Positions 8,335-17,060 of a stretch of 63,937 nt of DNA are shown piece after piece. Source of the DNA: a virus (Duplodnaviria; Caudoviricetes); IMG/VR virus record IMGVR_UViG_3300009507_000019, positions 1-63,937 of that record. One strand, written 5' to 3'. Made by a program: the position numbers and the translations under genes. Below the pieces are notes generated by a model that worked only from the letters and a program-made list of their open reading frames with translations, had not been told where the DNA came from and did not search any database. Every line of letters starts with the position of its first letter. Within the stretch, counting starts at the first letter, position 1.

Positions 8335-8559
8335 CTACTGTGTCGCGAGTACCGCGTCGATGTCTTGCTTGTTAAACTTTCTAAACTTACGTCTAGTTGG
8401 AGACCATGTCGATTTTGGCGTATTGAACCAAATGACACCAGTAGTACCTCGACGTATATACCCATACAGAGTTGTGCCTCTGGTGATATAGGTATGATTC
8501 GGATACTCACCACCTTCCGTAATCTCTTCACGCCACAGGTATTTATATGGGTCTGTCAT
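8335..8559 (-). CDS. Hypothetical protein
   Basis: Likely start MTDPYKYL; C-terminus WSPTRRKFRK. Confidence 0.55.
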   Translation of the reverse strand: MTDPYKYLWREEITEGGEYPNHTYITRGTTLYGYIRRGTTGVIWFNTPKSTWSPTRRKFRKFNKQDIDAVLATQ

Positions 8560-8734
8560 ACTTACCGTCCTTATAAGTGCCAGGCACTGAGAAATATGCA
8601 ATCAAGGTTTCCAGAGACACTTTAACATCATCCCATCCCTGCGTTTCTACATCAACTTCAAGTTCTTCTAACACGTCAACCAAAATCTCGCGAGTCAGTT
8701 TTTCTTTCTGTTCTGCGGTCAAGTCGATATTCAT
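8543..8734 (-). CDS. Hypothetical protein
   Basis: 63-aa acidic ORF in operon. Confidence 0.55.
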   Translation of the reverse strand: MNIDLTAEQKEKLTREILVDVLEELEVDVETQGWDDVKVSLETLIAYFSVPGTYKDGKYDRPI

Positions 8735-8735
8735 T

Positions 8736-9035
8736 TTACCACTCCCTCAATATTGTTACCATTAACATAAAACCAGAAATCGCATTCAACATAATCAACG
8801 CACGATCTCTCCAAATAATAGACACCCATAACCACAAAATGATGCCTGCAAAACCGAACATCAAATCATACATCCGGAAGTCAATACCCGCTGAACGCAT
8901 TGCGAGAGAACAAAGAATCAAGATTGAGGCAACCCACTTTAGATACCAATCAAAGTCCTCGGGATACCAGTCTCGATCAGGTTTGAATCGACCCAACGCA
9001 CGTATCTTTGGATCGCCTTTTCCATTAGGTGTCAT
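8736..9035 (-). CDS. Small membrane protein (DUF6552-like)
   Basis: DWYLKWVAS...WLWVSIIWRDRALIMLN, three hydrophobic helices. Confidence 0.7.
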   Translation of the reverse strand: MTPNGKGDPKIRALGRFKPDRDWYPEDFDWYLKWVASILILCSLAMRSAGIDFRMYDLMFGFAGIILWLWVSIIWRDRALIMLNAISGFMLMVTILREW

Positions 9036-9394
9036 TGTTCTTCCTTAATAAAAATACCGTCAACCATCTTACCTTTGCGGTCTTGTATGTCACTGTATGC
9101 GACCTGAAGACAATGACGCATCGATAGACCATTACGTTCAGCAATATTAATCAACACCACCATGATGTCACCAATGTCATCCGCAACGTCACGGTTCTTA
9201 CATACGTTGTCTGACAACTCACCGACCTCCTGAATGAGTTTGCACACTTGGTCTTTATCAGTGGCACCCTCAATGAGATTCCGAGCATAGTGCCAGTTCT
9301 TAACACGATCGCACAGTTGTTCAAGACTCTCACCACTCGGTTGACGTTCAAGACGTTCGAGTGTCGCTTTTTTACTGTAGGTCATTACTTCCAT
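9032..9394 (-). CDS. mazG: MazG-like nucleotide pyrophosphohydrolase
   Basis: KLIQEVGELSDNV...DDIGDIMVVL...AYSDIQDRKGKMVDGIFIKE. Confidence 0.85.
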   Translation of the reverse strand: MEVMTYSKKATLERLERQPSGESLEQLCDRVKNWHYARNLIEGATDKDQVCKLIQEVGELSDNVCKNRDVADDIGDIMVVLINIAERNGLSMRHCLQVAYSDIQDRKGKMVDGIFIKEEQ

Positions 9395-9591
9395 TAGAAA
9401 TGTTTCTCCAAAACAAAGATTTGATCTTCCCACTCGGCAATCTGGCCAAGTTCCTTTTGAACTGACTCCATGACATCGGGATGTTCTCCGATACCCGCAG
9501 GGTTAGTTAAGTAAACCTCTACGTTCATTTTGTGCAATTCGATTTGCCCCTCAGCATATAACTTTAAGGCGGCTAACATTTTTTCTCTCAT
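9394..9591 (-). CDS. Conserved T4-like marine phage hypothetical protein
   Basis: HKMNVEVYLTNPAGIGEHPDVMES motif. Confidence 0.75.
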   Translation of the reverse strand: MREKMLAALKLYAEGQIELHKMNVEVYLTNPAGIGEHPDVMESVQKELGQIAEWEDQIFVLEKHF

Positions 9592-9908
9592 CTACTCATC
9601 CTCGATATTTCGGTTGCTTGTTCCTTGTTAGTGATAGGCACAGCATTAGACTTGTGCATGGTGGAGATACCTTTCACTAACGTTCCTGTGTATTGCGGTC
9701 TTTCTTTTTTAGAGGTGTTGAAGGTTCCGGAATCGTGTGAGGGGTACTGCTTTGACTCTGCCAATCGAAGATCTGCATACGTCTCTGTCTTTGATGATTC
9801 AAACGGTTTAAACTCCGCTGCCTTGTATTTGCCACACACCACTCCTTTGGGTTTCTTACGTTTGATTTTACGACCGTATTGGTCGTGGTTTAATGAATAA
9901 TATCTCAT
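9588..9908 (-). CDS. Conserved T4-like phage hypothetical protein
   Basis: YTGTLVKGISTMHKSNAVPI motif; start MRYYSL at 9908. Confidence 0.7.
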   Translation of the reverse strand: MRYYSLNHDQYGRKIKRKKPKGVVCGKYKAAEFKPFESSKTETYADLRLAESKQYPSHDSGTFNTSKKERPQYTGTLVKGISTMHKSNAVPITNKEQATEISRMSR

Positions 9909-10111
9909 CCCATTTCCATCATTTTGGTGAATAAACTGTGCAACGTTGCACCGGTGAATAGAAGTACTATTATAGGGGAAATCACTCCACATGTCAAGAT
10001 CAAAATGTAAAAACATTTCTCTGAAAACGTTTCGAAATCATTCCAACCAGCGATCAGAAAAGTTTTTAGATCTTTCACTTCCTTCAGAAGTTTTTTCAAG
10101 AGATCCATCAT
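9905..10111 (-). CDS. Small membrane protein
   Basis: Hydrophobic C-terminal half; ATGA overlap. Confidence 0.55.
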   Translation of the reverse strand: MMDLLKKLLKEVKDLKTFLIAGWNDFETFSEKCFYILILTCGVISPIIVLLFTGATLHSLFTKMMEMG

Positions 10112-10587
10112 AGTGACCACTCGATGGTTGGACGTTGACCACCCTTACCGTTCCAATGTATCGTACACCCACACTCTTCGATGATGGGTAAGATTGCCTT
10201 CAGGTTCTTAACACCTTTCTTGTCACCATTGAAACAGAAGGTAGATTGACTCTGTTGTTCCGGAGTGTGACACAGAAACCCACCGACCGAAGAATCGTAC
10301 TCTAAGTAGTTGTGACACGTCTCAACGATCTCACCGGTGCCTTCACACTCCTCACAATAAATCCACTCACCGTCTTCATCCTCTATCTCACCCTCACCCA
10401 AACACGCATTGCATGTCGAGTAGTCCTGTTCCACTTCACAGTCTTGAGAGTGGTTGAACAGAACCTTGTCGAGATCTGCTTCATCCGGCACTTCCATCCA
10501 CGCACAAGATTGGCAGCAAGGTAGATTCCACCCCACAAACCAACCTTCTTCGGTCAAACGTTCTTGTAACTTACGAAATCCATTCAT
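10108..10587 (-). CDS. DUF6891-like protein with inserted DnaJ-type zinc finger
   Basis: PCCQSCAW plus CNACLGEG and CEECEGTG. Confidence 0.6.
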   Translation of the reverse strand: MNGFRKLQERLTEEGWFVGWNLPCCQSCAWMEVPDEADLDKVLFNHSQDCEVEQDYSTCNACLGEGEIEDEDGEWIYCEECEGTGEIVETCHNYLEYDSSVGGFLCHTPEQQSQSTFCFNGDKKGVKNLKAILPIIEECGCTIHWNGKGGQRPTIEWSL

Positions 10588-10808
10588 GCTTCATACTCAT
10601 ATCTAATTTGGTGAAGGATCTTTCCATCTTGAATAAGATCCAATGCAGGGTTATTCTCTGAGTCATAGAAAAACAACTGTTGAAAATCAGAGAACTGTTC
10701 ATCAGCGAGTTGCGTGATGCGATACTCCATTTCCTCCGGTGGCCAGTTTTCTTCTAACAAAGACACACACATATCATTTGGGGTTGCAGTCAGGACACAT
10801 AGTCTCAT
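10584..10808 (-). CDS. Hypothetical protein
   Basis: 74-aa coupled ORF. Confidence 0.55.
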   Translation of the reverse strand: MRLCVLTATPNDMCVSLLEENWPPEEMEYRITQLADEQFSDFQQLFFYDSENNPALDLIQDGKILHQIRYEYEA

Positions 10809-10963
10809 TCGGATTCCTCTCGGGCTTTGGATTTGTTGTACTCACGTTGGTTGTCTTTCTGGACTTCCATCAGATAAAGTATTCGAACTCCAGCTACTAC
10901 CACGACAATCAACGAACTATACAGAACCACGGTAGCGATTAAATGCGATAAGATTTCTAACAT
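10805..10963 (-). CDS. Small single-TM protein
   Basis: MLEILSHLIATVVLYSSLIVVVVAG; TAATG overlap. Confidence 0.5.
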   Translation of the reverse strand: MLEILSHLIATVVLYSSLIVVVVAGVRILYLMEVQKDNQREYNKSKAREESE

Positions 10964-11397
10964 TAGTTTTTGAACTCCGCTGAAAAGGGGAAACAAGTCA
11001 TAAAGAGCGCACTCTCCAAACCGTACGCCTCTTTCTCCCACGGTTGATTTTCATATTTATAGTTCTTGGCCCTCTTGCCTTTCCACTCAAAATCTCCACC
11101 GTCAGAACCTAACTGACCTCGAATATATTGACGAGCGTGAACCATCTCATGCGCGAGGGTACGCATCTGGTCAAGGAACGATATCTTGGAACCGTCGATT
11201 GGACAACGAATGGCGATCTCGATGGATGCCTCCGTACGTTCTCCAGTGCAGTAACCAAGAGCATCCAGACCACGTTCAAACGAAACCTCAATGGTAGGTT
11301 TGCGTAGTCTTCCCATACCCAGTGCGTTGATCAAGTTGAACATGTAAATCTCAACAACACGACGGTTACGACCACCCTCGATAAAAACATCAATCAT
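10963..11397 (-). CDS. Zincin metallopeptidase-like protein
   Basis: TLAHEMVHARQY...QPWEKEAY. Confidence 0.8.
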   Translation of the reverse strand: MIDVFIEGGRNRRVVEIYMFNLINALGMGRLRKPTIEVSFERGLDALGYCTGERTEASIEIAIRCPIDGSKISFLDQMRTLAHEMVHARQYIRGQLGSDGGDFEWKGKRAKNYKYENQPWEKEAYGLESALFMTCFPFSAEFKN

Positions 11398-11693
11398 GCA
11401 ACATACGCCTTTGGTGTAAAACGGGGATAAAGTCTGAAGTGACCCAACTCAGGGAGTGTCTGCATGTACGTGATAGGATCTTGCAAACACTTCGCGTCAA
11501 GAGCATCATAGTACACCATAGAATCATTCTCTATCTCCAACCAGAAGAAGTCGTCATTGAAGAACGAGTTCTCAGAGATTTTATGAACCGGAACATTCAG
11601 GTTTTCAATAACACGGACAGGAACCTTCAGGAATGACGCTGAAGGATCCGTGATGTAGGTGACTGCATTAGCAGGGTTAGTGTTGAAACTCAT
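11394..11693 (-). CDS. Hypothetical protein
   Basis: Start MSFNTNP with SD GGAGG. Confidence 0.6.
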   Translation of the reverse strand: MSFNTNPANAVTYITDPSASFLKVPVRVIENLNVPVHKISENSFFNDDFFWLEIENDSMVYYDALDAKCLQDPITYMQTLPELGHFRLYPRFTPKAYVA

Positions 11694-11694
11694 G

Positions 11695-12078
11695 TTATGC
11701 CTCCAACACGTAAGGAGTGTGGTACTTACCAATGTTGATGTCAGTGTAGTGACTTCTGTGGAAGTAGTCAGTCTGGCTGTCGTCTTCACAGAAGAAGTCA
11801 GGGCCTTCCATCGCAGCTTTCAGTTCAGTCAGGAACGCAACAACAGTAGGACAGTCATAGTTCTCACTGATCCAGTAAGGGTTGACTTGAACATACTCAC
11901 GAGGGCCATACTCACTGACAGGCAAAGCACCGATCACATCTAACGCACCACTCTTAATGTTCACAACTAAAGTACTGTGGTGACGAATGGCAATAGTACC
12001 TTTCATCTTGTACTTCTTGAGGACTGCTTTGATCGCAGGGGCTAACTTCTTTTTGTCTTCTTGACTTACATACGCCAT
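11695..12078 (-). CDS. Conserved phage early hypothetical protein
   Basis: MAYVSQEDKKKLAPAIKAVLKKY...DDSQTDYFH...INIGKY. Confidence 0.75.
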   Translation of the reverse strand: MAYVSQEDKKKLAPAIKAVLKKYKMKGTIAIRHHSTLVVNIKSGALDVIGALPVSEYGPREYVQVNPYWISENYDCPTVVAFLTELKAAMEGPDFFCEDDSQTDYFHRSHYTDINIGKYHTPYVLEA

Positions 12079-12113
12079 AACTTTTCTCTCTCTCATCATT
12101 AAAATACAGGAGT

Positions 12114-12169
12114 ATTATCTCATGAATCGGGGGTGCCGTCAAGCTTTTCTTTAGACTATTTTGTTATAA
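12114..12169 (-). promoter_or_regulatory. Early sigma70 promoter TTGACG-17-GATAAT plus upstream 19-bp box
   Basis: -10 12119-12114, -35 12142-12137, box TTAGACTATTTTGTTATAA at 12151-12169. Confidence 0.75.
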
Positions 12170-12181
12170 CGAACATTCGTT

Positions 12182-12394
12182 TTATGAATAATGGTCATAA
12201 AAGGTTCTGACAAGGTATTTTCTCAATATACCTAGGAAGAAAAACATGATGGTCATCACTATGGAAATCGTGCCTGGCCCCCATCCTAGACCCATGAAGA
12301 TGGTCAACAGGACGAAGTTTAGACAGATGTTGATGGGTAGGGCGACAATAGTGTCACCCACCGCGAAGTTCAATGCATCCTTATTGACTTTCAA
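12182..12394 (-). CDS. Small two-TM membrane protein
   Basis: Two hydrophobic helices ending in LRKYLVRTFY. Confidence 0.6.
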   Translation of the reverse strand: MKVNKDALNFAVGDTIVALPINICLNFVLLTIFMGLGWGPGTISIVMTIMFFFLGILRKYLVRTFYDHYS

Positions 12395-12752
12395 GTTTTA
12401 CCTTTTCGTCATGGATGTGGAGTTGGATCAGTGCATAGTGAAGCACCTTCATGAGATCTTTACGGTGATCATCATTACCACCTTTGTTTCCATAACGTTT
12501 TGCGTACTTGATTACGTTACCAAGACAGAAACCTGTACCCAGTCCCGCATCAATGATGATGTCGGTTGCTTGATACTTGTCTGACGCATAGTGTTGACTA
12601 TACGTGGAGTCGACGTAGTCTTTGAACTGTGTAATCAGTTCGTCTTCGTTGAACTTGTATTCGAGATCTGTCTCGAAAAGAGGAGTTTGGACGGGTGCGT
12701 AGATAGAATCTACATCATGGTCATCACGGAGATCGTAACTTACATTGCTCAT
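12381..12752 (-). CDS. DUF3310 (T7 gp1.7-like nucleotide kinase) family protein
   Basis: QHY...GFCLGNVIKYAKRYGNK...DLMKVLHYA. Confidence 0.8.
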   Translation of the reverse strand: MSNVSYDLRDDHDVDSIYAPVQTPLFETDLEYKFNEDELITQFKDYVDSTYSQHYASDKYQATDIIIDAGLGTGFCLGNVIKYAKRYGNKGGNDDHRKDLMKVLHYALIQLHIHDEKVKLESQ

Positions 12753-12782
12753 AATAATTCCTAATTCAAATAATAAAGGGGT

Positions 12783-12811
12783 AGTATAACATGTTTTCAG
12801 AACGTTGGCAA
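12783..12811 (-). promoter_or_regulatory. Sigma70 promoter TTGCCA-17-(TGT)TATACT
   Basis: Correct spacing, intergenic. Confidence 0.7.
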
Positions 12812-12820
12812 GCGTTTATT

Positions 12821-13312
12821 TCACTTTTTTTTGTACCAACTAGCACAAGTCCAACGTGTGCCTTTGGTTAGAGTTTTGACCTTGTGGTGGTATTCAATAC
12901 CATCATAGAAGAAGATTCTACCCTGTTTTGGAACGATGGTAGTACCATCCTGTAGTTGAGTCTCTCCTCCTTCAAATCCGTCATTCAGATAAAGGACTGA
13001 GGTGTACATAGTGTGTTTACTTGCAACATCATTATGCAACCCCATCCTAGACCCCTCACTCCATTTGTAGACCTGACACCACTGCATGATTGCACCCGCA
13101 AGTTGGTTAGCGAGGATACTCTGGCGTAACCATATATCCTCTACCAACTCATGTTTCATTGGCATATGTTCTACATCCGGATCACCAATAGGTACGTAAC
13201 TAAAGTTTTGTTTAGAGATAACCTCGGGAGCACTCTTGTACAATCCAATCAAGGTTGCACACTCTTCCGGTGTTATGAAGTTATCTTCAACATAAAAGTT
13301 ACGGGGTTTCAC
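12821..13312 (-). CDS. 2OG-Fe(II) oxygenase (prolyl-4-hydroxylase-like)
   Basis: LHND, VLYLNDGFEGGET, HHKV, GTRW. Confidence 0.9.
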   Translation of the reverse strand: MKPRNFYVEDNFITPEECATLIGLYKSAPEVISKQNFSYVPIGDPDVEHMPMKHELVEDIWLRQSILANQLAGAIMQWCQVYKWSEGSRMGLHNDVASKHTMYTSVLYLNDGFEGGETQLQDGTTIVPKQGRIFFYDGIEYHHKVKTLTKGTRWTCASWYKKK

Positions 13313-13512
13313 TAATTTACCTTTGAAGTATTACCTTCAGTAGTTACGAAGAAGTCACCCTCTTCTGTTATTTCTAGAGAATCGGCATTAAAAACACCCA
13401 ACAATACGCTGATCATATCCCTAAAACCCTCACGTCTACCAAAGTATTTACCTGCGATAAACGATCCAAACATACATCCTGTTGCCAGAAGTGTGTGTAT
13501 ATACATGTCCAT
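13312..13512 (-). CDS. Hypothetical small membrane protein
   Basis: 66-aa ORF with SD AGGAG. Confidence 0.55.
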   Translation of the reverse strand: MDMYIHTLLATGCMFGSFIAGKYFGRREGFRDMISVLLGVFNADSLEITEEGDFFVTTEGNTSKVN

Positions 13513-13523
13513 GTGACTACTCC

Positions 13524-14894
13524 TTACGAGAAATTAATCCGTTTTAGTTTCTCTCCTTGTTCCGTATCACCGATAGTCGGGGTCGAAATAATCTCCGGAG
13601 AGAGCGTCTGCTCAGAGTTATCAACATCAAATAGTCTCATCTTAGATCGATCAATACCAACCACAAATCGTTTGTCACGGTTGGGATCGTTGTATCGATT
13701 CTTCAACTGTTTCACCATGATCTGTCCCATCTGTTCTAGTTCTTCATTAGAGACTAAGGCGAACATCAAGTCTGCGGTAGCAGGTAGACCAAACGACTCT
13801 GAGGTGTCCTCAAGGCCGGGATCTGAGTTTGCGAAACCAGATCGAGTAGTCTGAGTCGCAGACACGATCGGCACGTTGAACTCTACTGCAAGACCACGTA
13901 ACTCTTCTGCGATTGCCTTGATATATGTGTATGAGTTAATAGAACCACCCATCGCTTTCATTCGAGAAGATGCACATATATTTAGGTAATCTATGAAGAT
14001 GATTTCAGGAACAAACTTCTTCTTTAGACTCAATTCCTCAAGTAACGCACGGAAGTGACTCGCGTGGGCTTGACCGGTAGGATATTCCTTGACGATCAGT
14101 TTTCCGTTGGTTCGTTTTCCGATATCAGATACTCGGTCTTTGAACATGGTCTTAGACAGATTTTGGATTTGGTCGATTGGGGTGTTGAGAAGGTTTGCAT
14201 CAATCCGTTCAGCGATACGCTCTTCTGACATTTCCATTGTAATATAAAGGACGTTTCTACCTTGTGACAAGGCACCGGCGGCGACGTGACACATGAAGAG
14301 AGACTTACCGACGCCAGTACCAGCAAGAGCGATGTTGAGAGTCTTGTTGGGTAACCCACCCTTGGTGATGTTGTTAAAGTACTCAAGATCGAACGGAATA
14401 CGTTCCTCTTGTTTGTGGTAGAAGTCGAATCGTTCTTCTGCATTGTCGACATAATCGTGTCCTACACTCGTATCAAATGACACACCCAGTGCTTTCTGGA
14501 GAATGTCAGGTAACGAGTTCTTAGTTAGTGTTTGATGTTTCCCATCTATTATAGAGATAGACTCCATGATCGCAAGGAATACGGCACGATCCTGACACCA
14601 CTTCTCGGTAGTGTCCAACAACCACTGAGAATCATTATCTTTCTTTTCAAAAAGAGCTGGAATCAGATCAACAGTTTCGTTGTAATTGGATTCGTTGATA
14701 TTGTCCGACTCCTCAATCTGAAGAGTCAATGCATCACGAGATGGGAGTTTGTTGTACTTGGAAACATACGCAATAATCTCACCAAAGATGAGTTTGGGTA
14801 CGCCTTCGAAGTATGGTTTTTTAAGGAACGGAACGACCTTACGCATGTAAGAATCGTTCGTCAATAAATTATTCAGTATTAGATGTTCTTTCAT
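13524..14894 (-). CDS. 41: Replicative DNA helicase (T4 gp41)
   Basis: LAGTGVGKSLFMCH, IFIDYLNIC, SATQTTRSG, SESFGLPATAD. Confidence 0.97.
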   Translation of the reverse strand: MKEHLILNNLLTNDSYMRKVVPFLKKPYFEGVPKLIFGEIIAYVSKYNKLPSRDALTLQIEESDNINESNYNETVDLIPALFEKKDNDSQWLLDTTEKWCQDRAVFLAIMESISIIDGKHQTLTKNSLPDILQKALGVSFDTSVGHDYVDNAEERFDFYHKQEERIPFDLEYFNNITKGGLPNKTLNIALAGTGVGKSLFMCHVAAGALSQGRNVLYITMEMSEERIAERIDANLLNTPIDQIQNLSKTMFKDRVSDIGKRTNGKLIVKEYPTGQAHASHFRALLEELSLKKKFVPEIIFIDYLNICASSRMKAMGGSINSYTYIKAIAEELRGLAVEFNVPIVSATQTTRSGFANSDPGLEDTSESFGLPATADLMFALVSNEELEQMGQIMVKQLKNRYNDPNRDKRFVVGIDRSKMRLFDVDNSEQTLSPEIISTPTIGDTEQGEKLKRINFS

Positions 14895-15186
14895 TGTCTA
14901 GTAAAGTTCCTTCGCTGATTGCATTTTCTAACACAGATTCAAGTATCTGGCCCACGTACTCGATAAGATCTTCACGCTCTTCTGTTAACGTCTCATCTGG
15001 TGAGTATTGTACCACATAATTGAAGTTTAAGCAACCTTCATCATCATTAAACTTAATGTTACCAAAACGAACTACAGTCTCAGCAAAATCACCACGTAGG
15101 ATGCGAACATCCCACGCCTGATCATTGTCAGACCCCTCGGAAGGGGTCAATTCATAGTCTTTATGTTCAGATAGTTTTGAAATCAA
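14869..15186 (-). CDS. 40: Head vertex assembly chaperone (T4 gp40-like)
   Basis: Syntenic position between uvsX and gp41; WDVRILRGDFAETVVRFG. Confidence 0.65.
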   Translation of the reverse strand: MISKLSEHKDYELTPSEGSDNDQAWDVRILRGDFAETVVRFGNIKFNDDEGCLNFNYVVQYSPDETLTEEREDLIEYVGQILESVLENAISEGTLLDNERTSNTE

Positions 15187-16229
15187 AACTCCTCCTCAAG
15201 GTCAAGGGAAAGATTAGATGCACCCACAATAGAGTACATCTGATTCACAAAGTCGATGAAGGTTTCATCTGCAAGCATTTCAGTCCAGAACTCAGGTGAC
15301 AGAGTATCTTTCTCTCGTACCTTAGTGCCTATAACTTCTCCAGTTGCACGATTGACCAATTGATACCAACCATTACTAGGTTTAGTAACATACCCCCCAG
15401 CAAGAGCAATATCCAACAGACCGCTGTAACGCTCAATGCCACCATCCCAAGAAACTGAGATAGGAATCTTCGACTTCTCTTTAACAAACCTAGACTTTTC
15501 CACATTGATGATAAAGTCATATCCAGTGACCTCCGTACCCTTCTTGTTCTGACGGCGACCAATGATCCAGATATTGTCGGCAGAATAATAGATACCAGTA
15601 CCACCACCTACGATATCTTTTGGAAACAAACCAATCTCTTTATAAGTGTGATTGATAGCAAGTAACGGAATGTTTCTCATAGTCAAGTAGGGTGTTGACA
15701 TACGGAACAAACCTTTGAGTGCTTTCGCACGGGACATATCTGCAACAGACTTCTCGTTGATCGCATCTTCCAGTTCTTTCTTAGACGCAAGGTTACCGAT
15801 AGAGTCAATCACAATGATCACCTTATCGTCCTTACCGATCTCTTCTAGTTGGTTGATCAGATCAAACTTCAGTTCTTCGACATTGGTGATAGGCGTATGA
15901 AGTACACGACTAGTATCGATACCAAAGTTCTCGAAGTAAGATTGCGGTGAACCAAACTCAGAGTCATAAAACAACATCATTGCTTCTGGATCTGAGTCGA
16001 GATAAGCAGACGCCATCTTCAAGGCAAACGATGTCTTGAAGTGTTTACTTGGCCCTGCAAGTACAGTAAGACCTGACGCGAGTCCACCATCTAATCTTCC
16101 AGACAGTGCGACATTCATCATTGGTACATCAATTCGCGTCAGTTCTTTTTCTTGGAAGAACTCTGATTTATCGAGTACCGCAGTACCCGACACTTTGGAG
16201 TTCTTTTTGAGTTTTGCCATCAATGACAT
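15183..16229 (-). CDS. uvsX: RecA-like recombinase UvsX
   Basis: AGPSKHFKT, FYDSEFG, DSIGNLASKKE, GGGTGIYYSAD. Confidence 0.97.
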   Translation of the reverse strand: MSLMAKLKKNSKVSGTAVLDKSEFFQEKELTRIDVPMMNVALSGRLDGGLASGLTVLAGPSKHFKTSFALKMASAYLDSDPEAMMLFYDSEFGSPQSYFENFGIDTSRVLHTPITNVEELKFDLINQLEEIGKDDKVIIVIDSIGNLASKKELEDAINEKSVADMSRAKALKGLFRMSTPYLTMRNIPLLAINHTYKEIGLFPKDIVGGGTGIYYSADNIWIIGRRQNKKGTEVTGYDFIINVEKSRFVKEKSKIPISVSWDGGIERYSGLLDIALAGGYVTKPSNGWYQLVNRATGEVIGTKVREKDTLSPEFWTEMLADETFIDFVNQMYSIVGASNLSLDLEEEF

Positions 16230-16244
16230 AATATAAAGTTCCTC

Positions 16245-17051
16245 TTATGATAAACAGTTTTCAACAAGCGTTAGTGTATCAGTTGCACCTGCAAAGATGC
16301 GAGCATCATACCTTTCAGACTCTGTCACGAAGTTGGGAGTAACACCTTCACCCAGTGCCGACTGAACCATTCGATTGACAACCATCGGGTTGGCATTCTT
16401 CATGTCCATGATCGCTTCATGCAGTTCATCGAAGTATTTCTGACGTACCATGCGGTAACCAGATACACCCAGACGGACATATACAACCTCAGCAATACTA
16501 CCAGTCTGTACCCGTCCGGCATTGAACCACGACATCTCACGCAGTACACCCATATGTTGTTCCAGACCCTTACCATTACCACCCACGATCTGTAGAGGCG
16601 CGTTGATGATGTCTTGGACATTCTCAGAGTCGGACAGATCAGGCATGTAAACGATCTTGTTGTCGAACACTTGACGTGTCAGTGCCATCAAAAGACGTTC
16701 GTATGTCTCGATGTTGATCGTGGATCGGATACAGATACCCGAACCTGAGATACGGATCAATTTCTGAATGGCATTAATGAAGTCGCCATCATCAAGAGTA
16801 TCATTCTTCTTGATAGCAATATCACTACACCAGAACACAACGTTCGGTTTGTTTTTGATTACAGCATCGATATCGTCTTCACTGTGAGTAGTGACCTCGA
16901 CGCCTTTTGGTACATTGAACGCACTCGCTGTGGCACGACACAATGCATTTCCATTACCAATGACCGCAACCTTGAGATCTTGTCTCTCGGGCAGATCATC
17001 ATCTTTTACTACTTCTTCGACGACTTCAGCGTCTACTACTTCTTCAGACAT
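16245..17051 (-). CDS. Degenerate UDP-glucose/GDP-mannose dehydrogenase-like protein
   Basis: Rossmann start VAVIGNG, CIRST, VYMPD and a central helix; lacks the catalytic GGxC motif. Confidence 0.55.
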   Translation of the reverse strand: MSEEVVDAEVVEEVVKDDDLPERQDLKVAVIGNGNALCRATASAFNVPKGVEVTTHSEDDIDAVIKNKPNVVFWCSDIAIKKNDTLDDGDFINAIQKLIRISGSGICIRSTINIETYERLLMALTRQVFDNKIVYMPDLSDSENVQDIINAPLQIVGGNGKGLEQHMGVLREMSWFNAGRVQTGSIAEVVYVRLGVSGYRMVRQKYFDELHEAIMDMKNANPMVVNRMVQSALGEGVTPNFVTESERYDARIFAGATDTLTLVENCLS

Positions 17052-17060
17052 AATTGTCTC

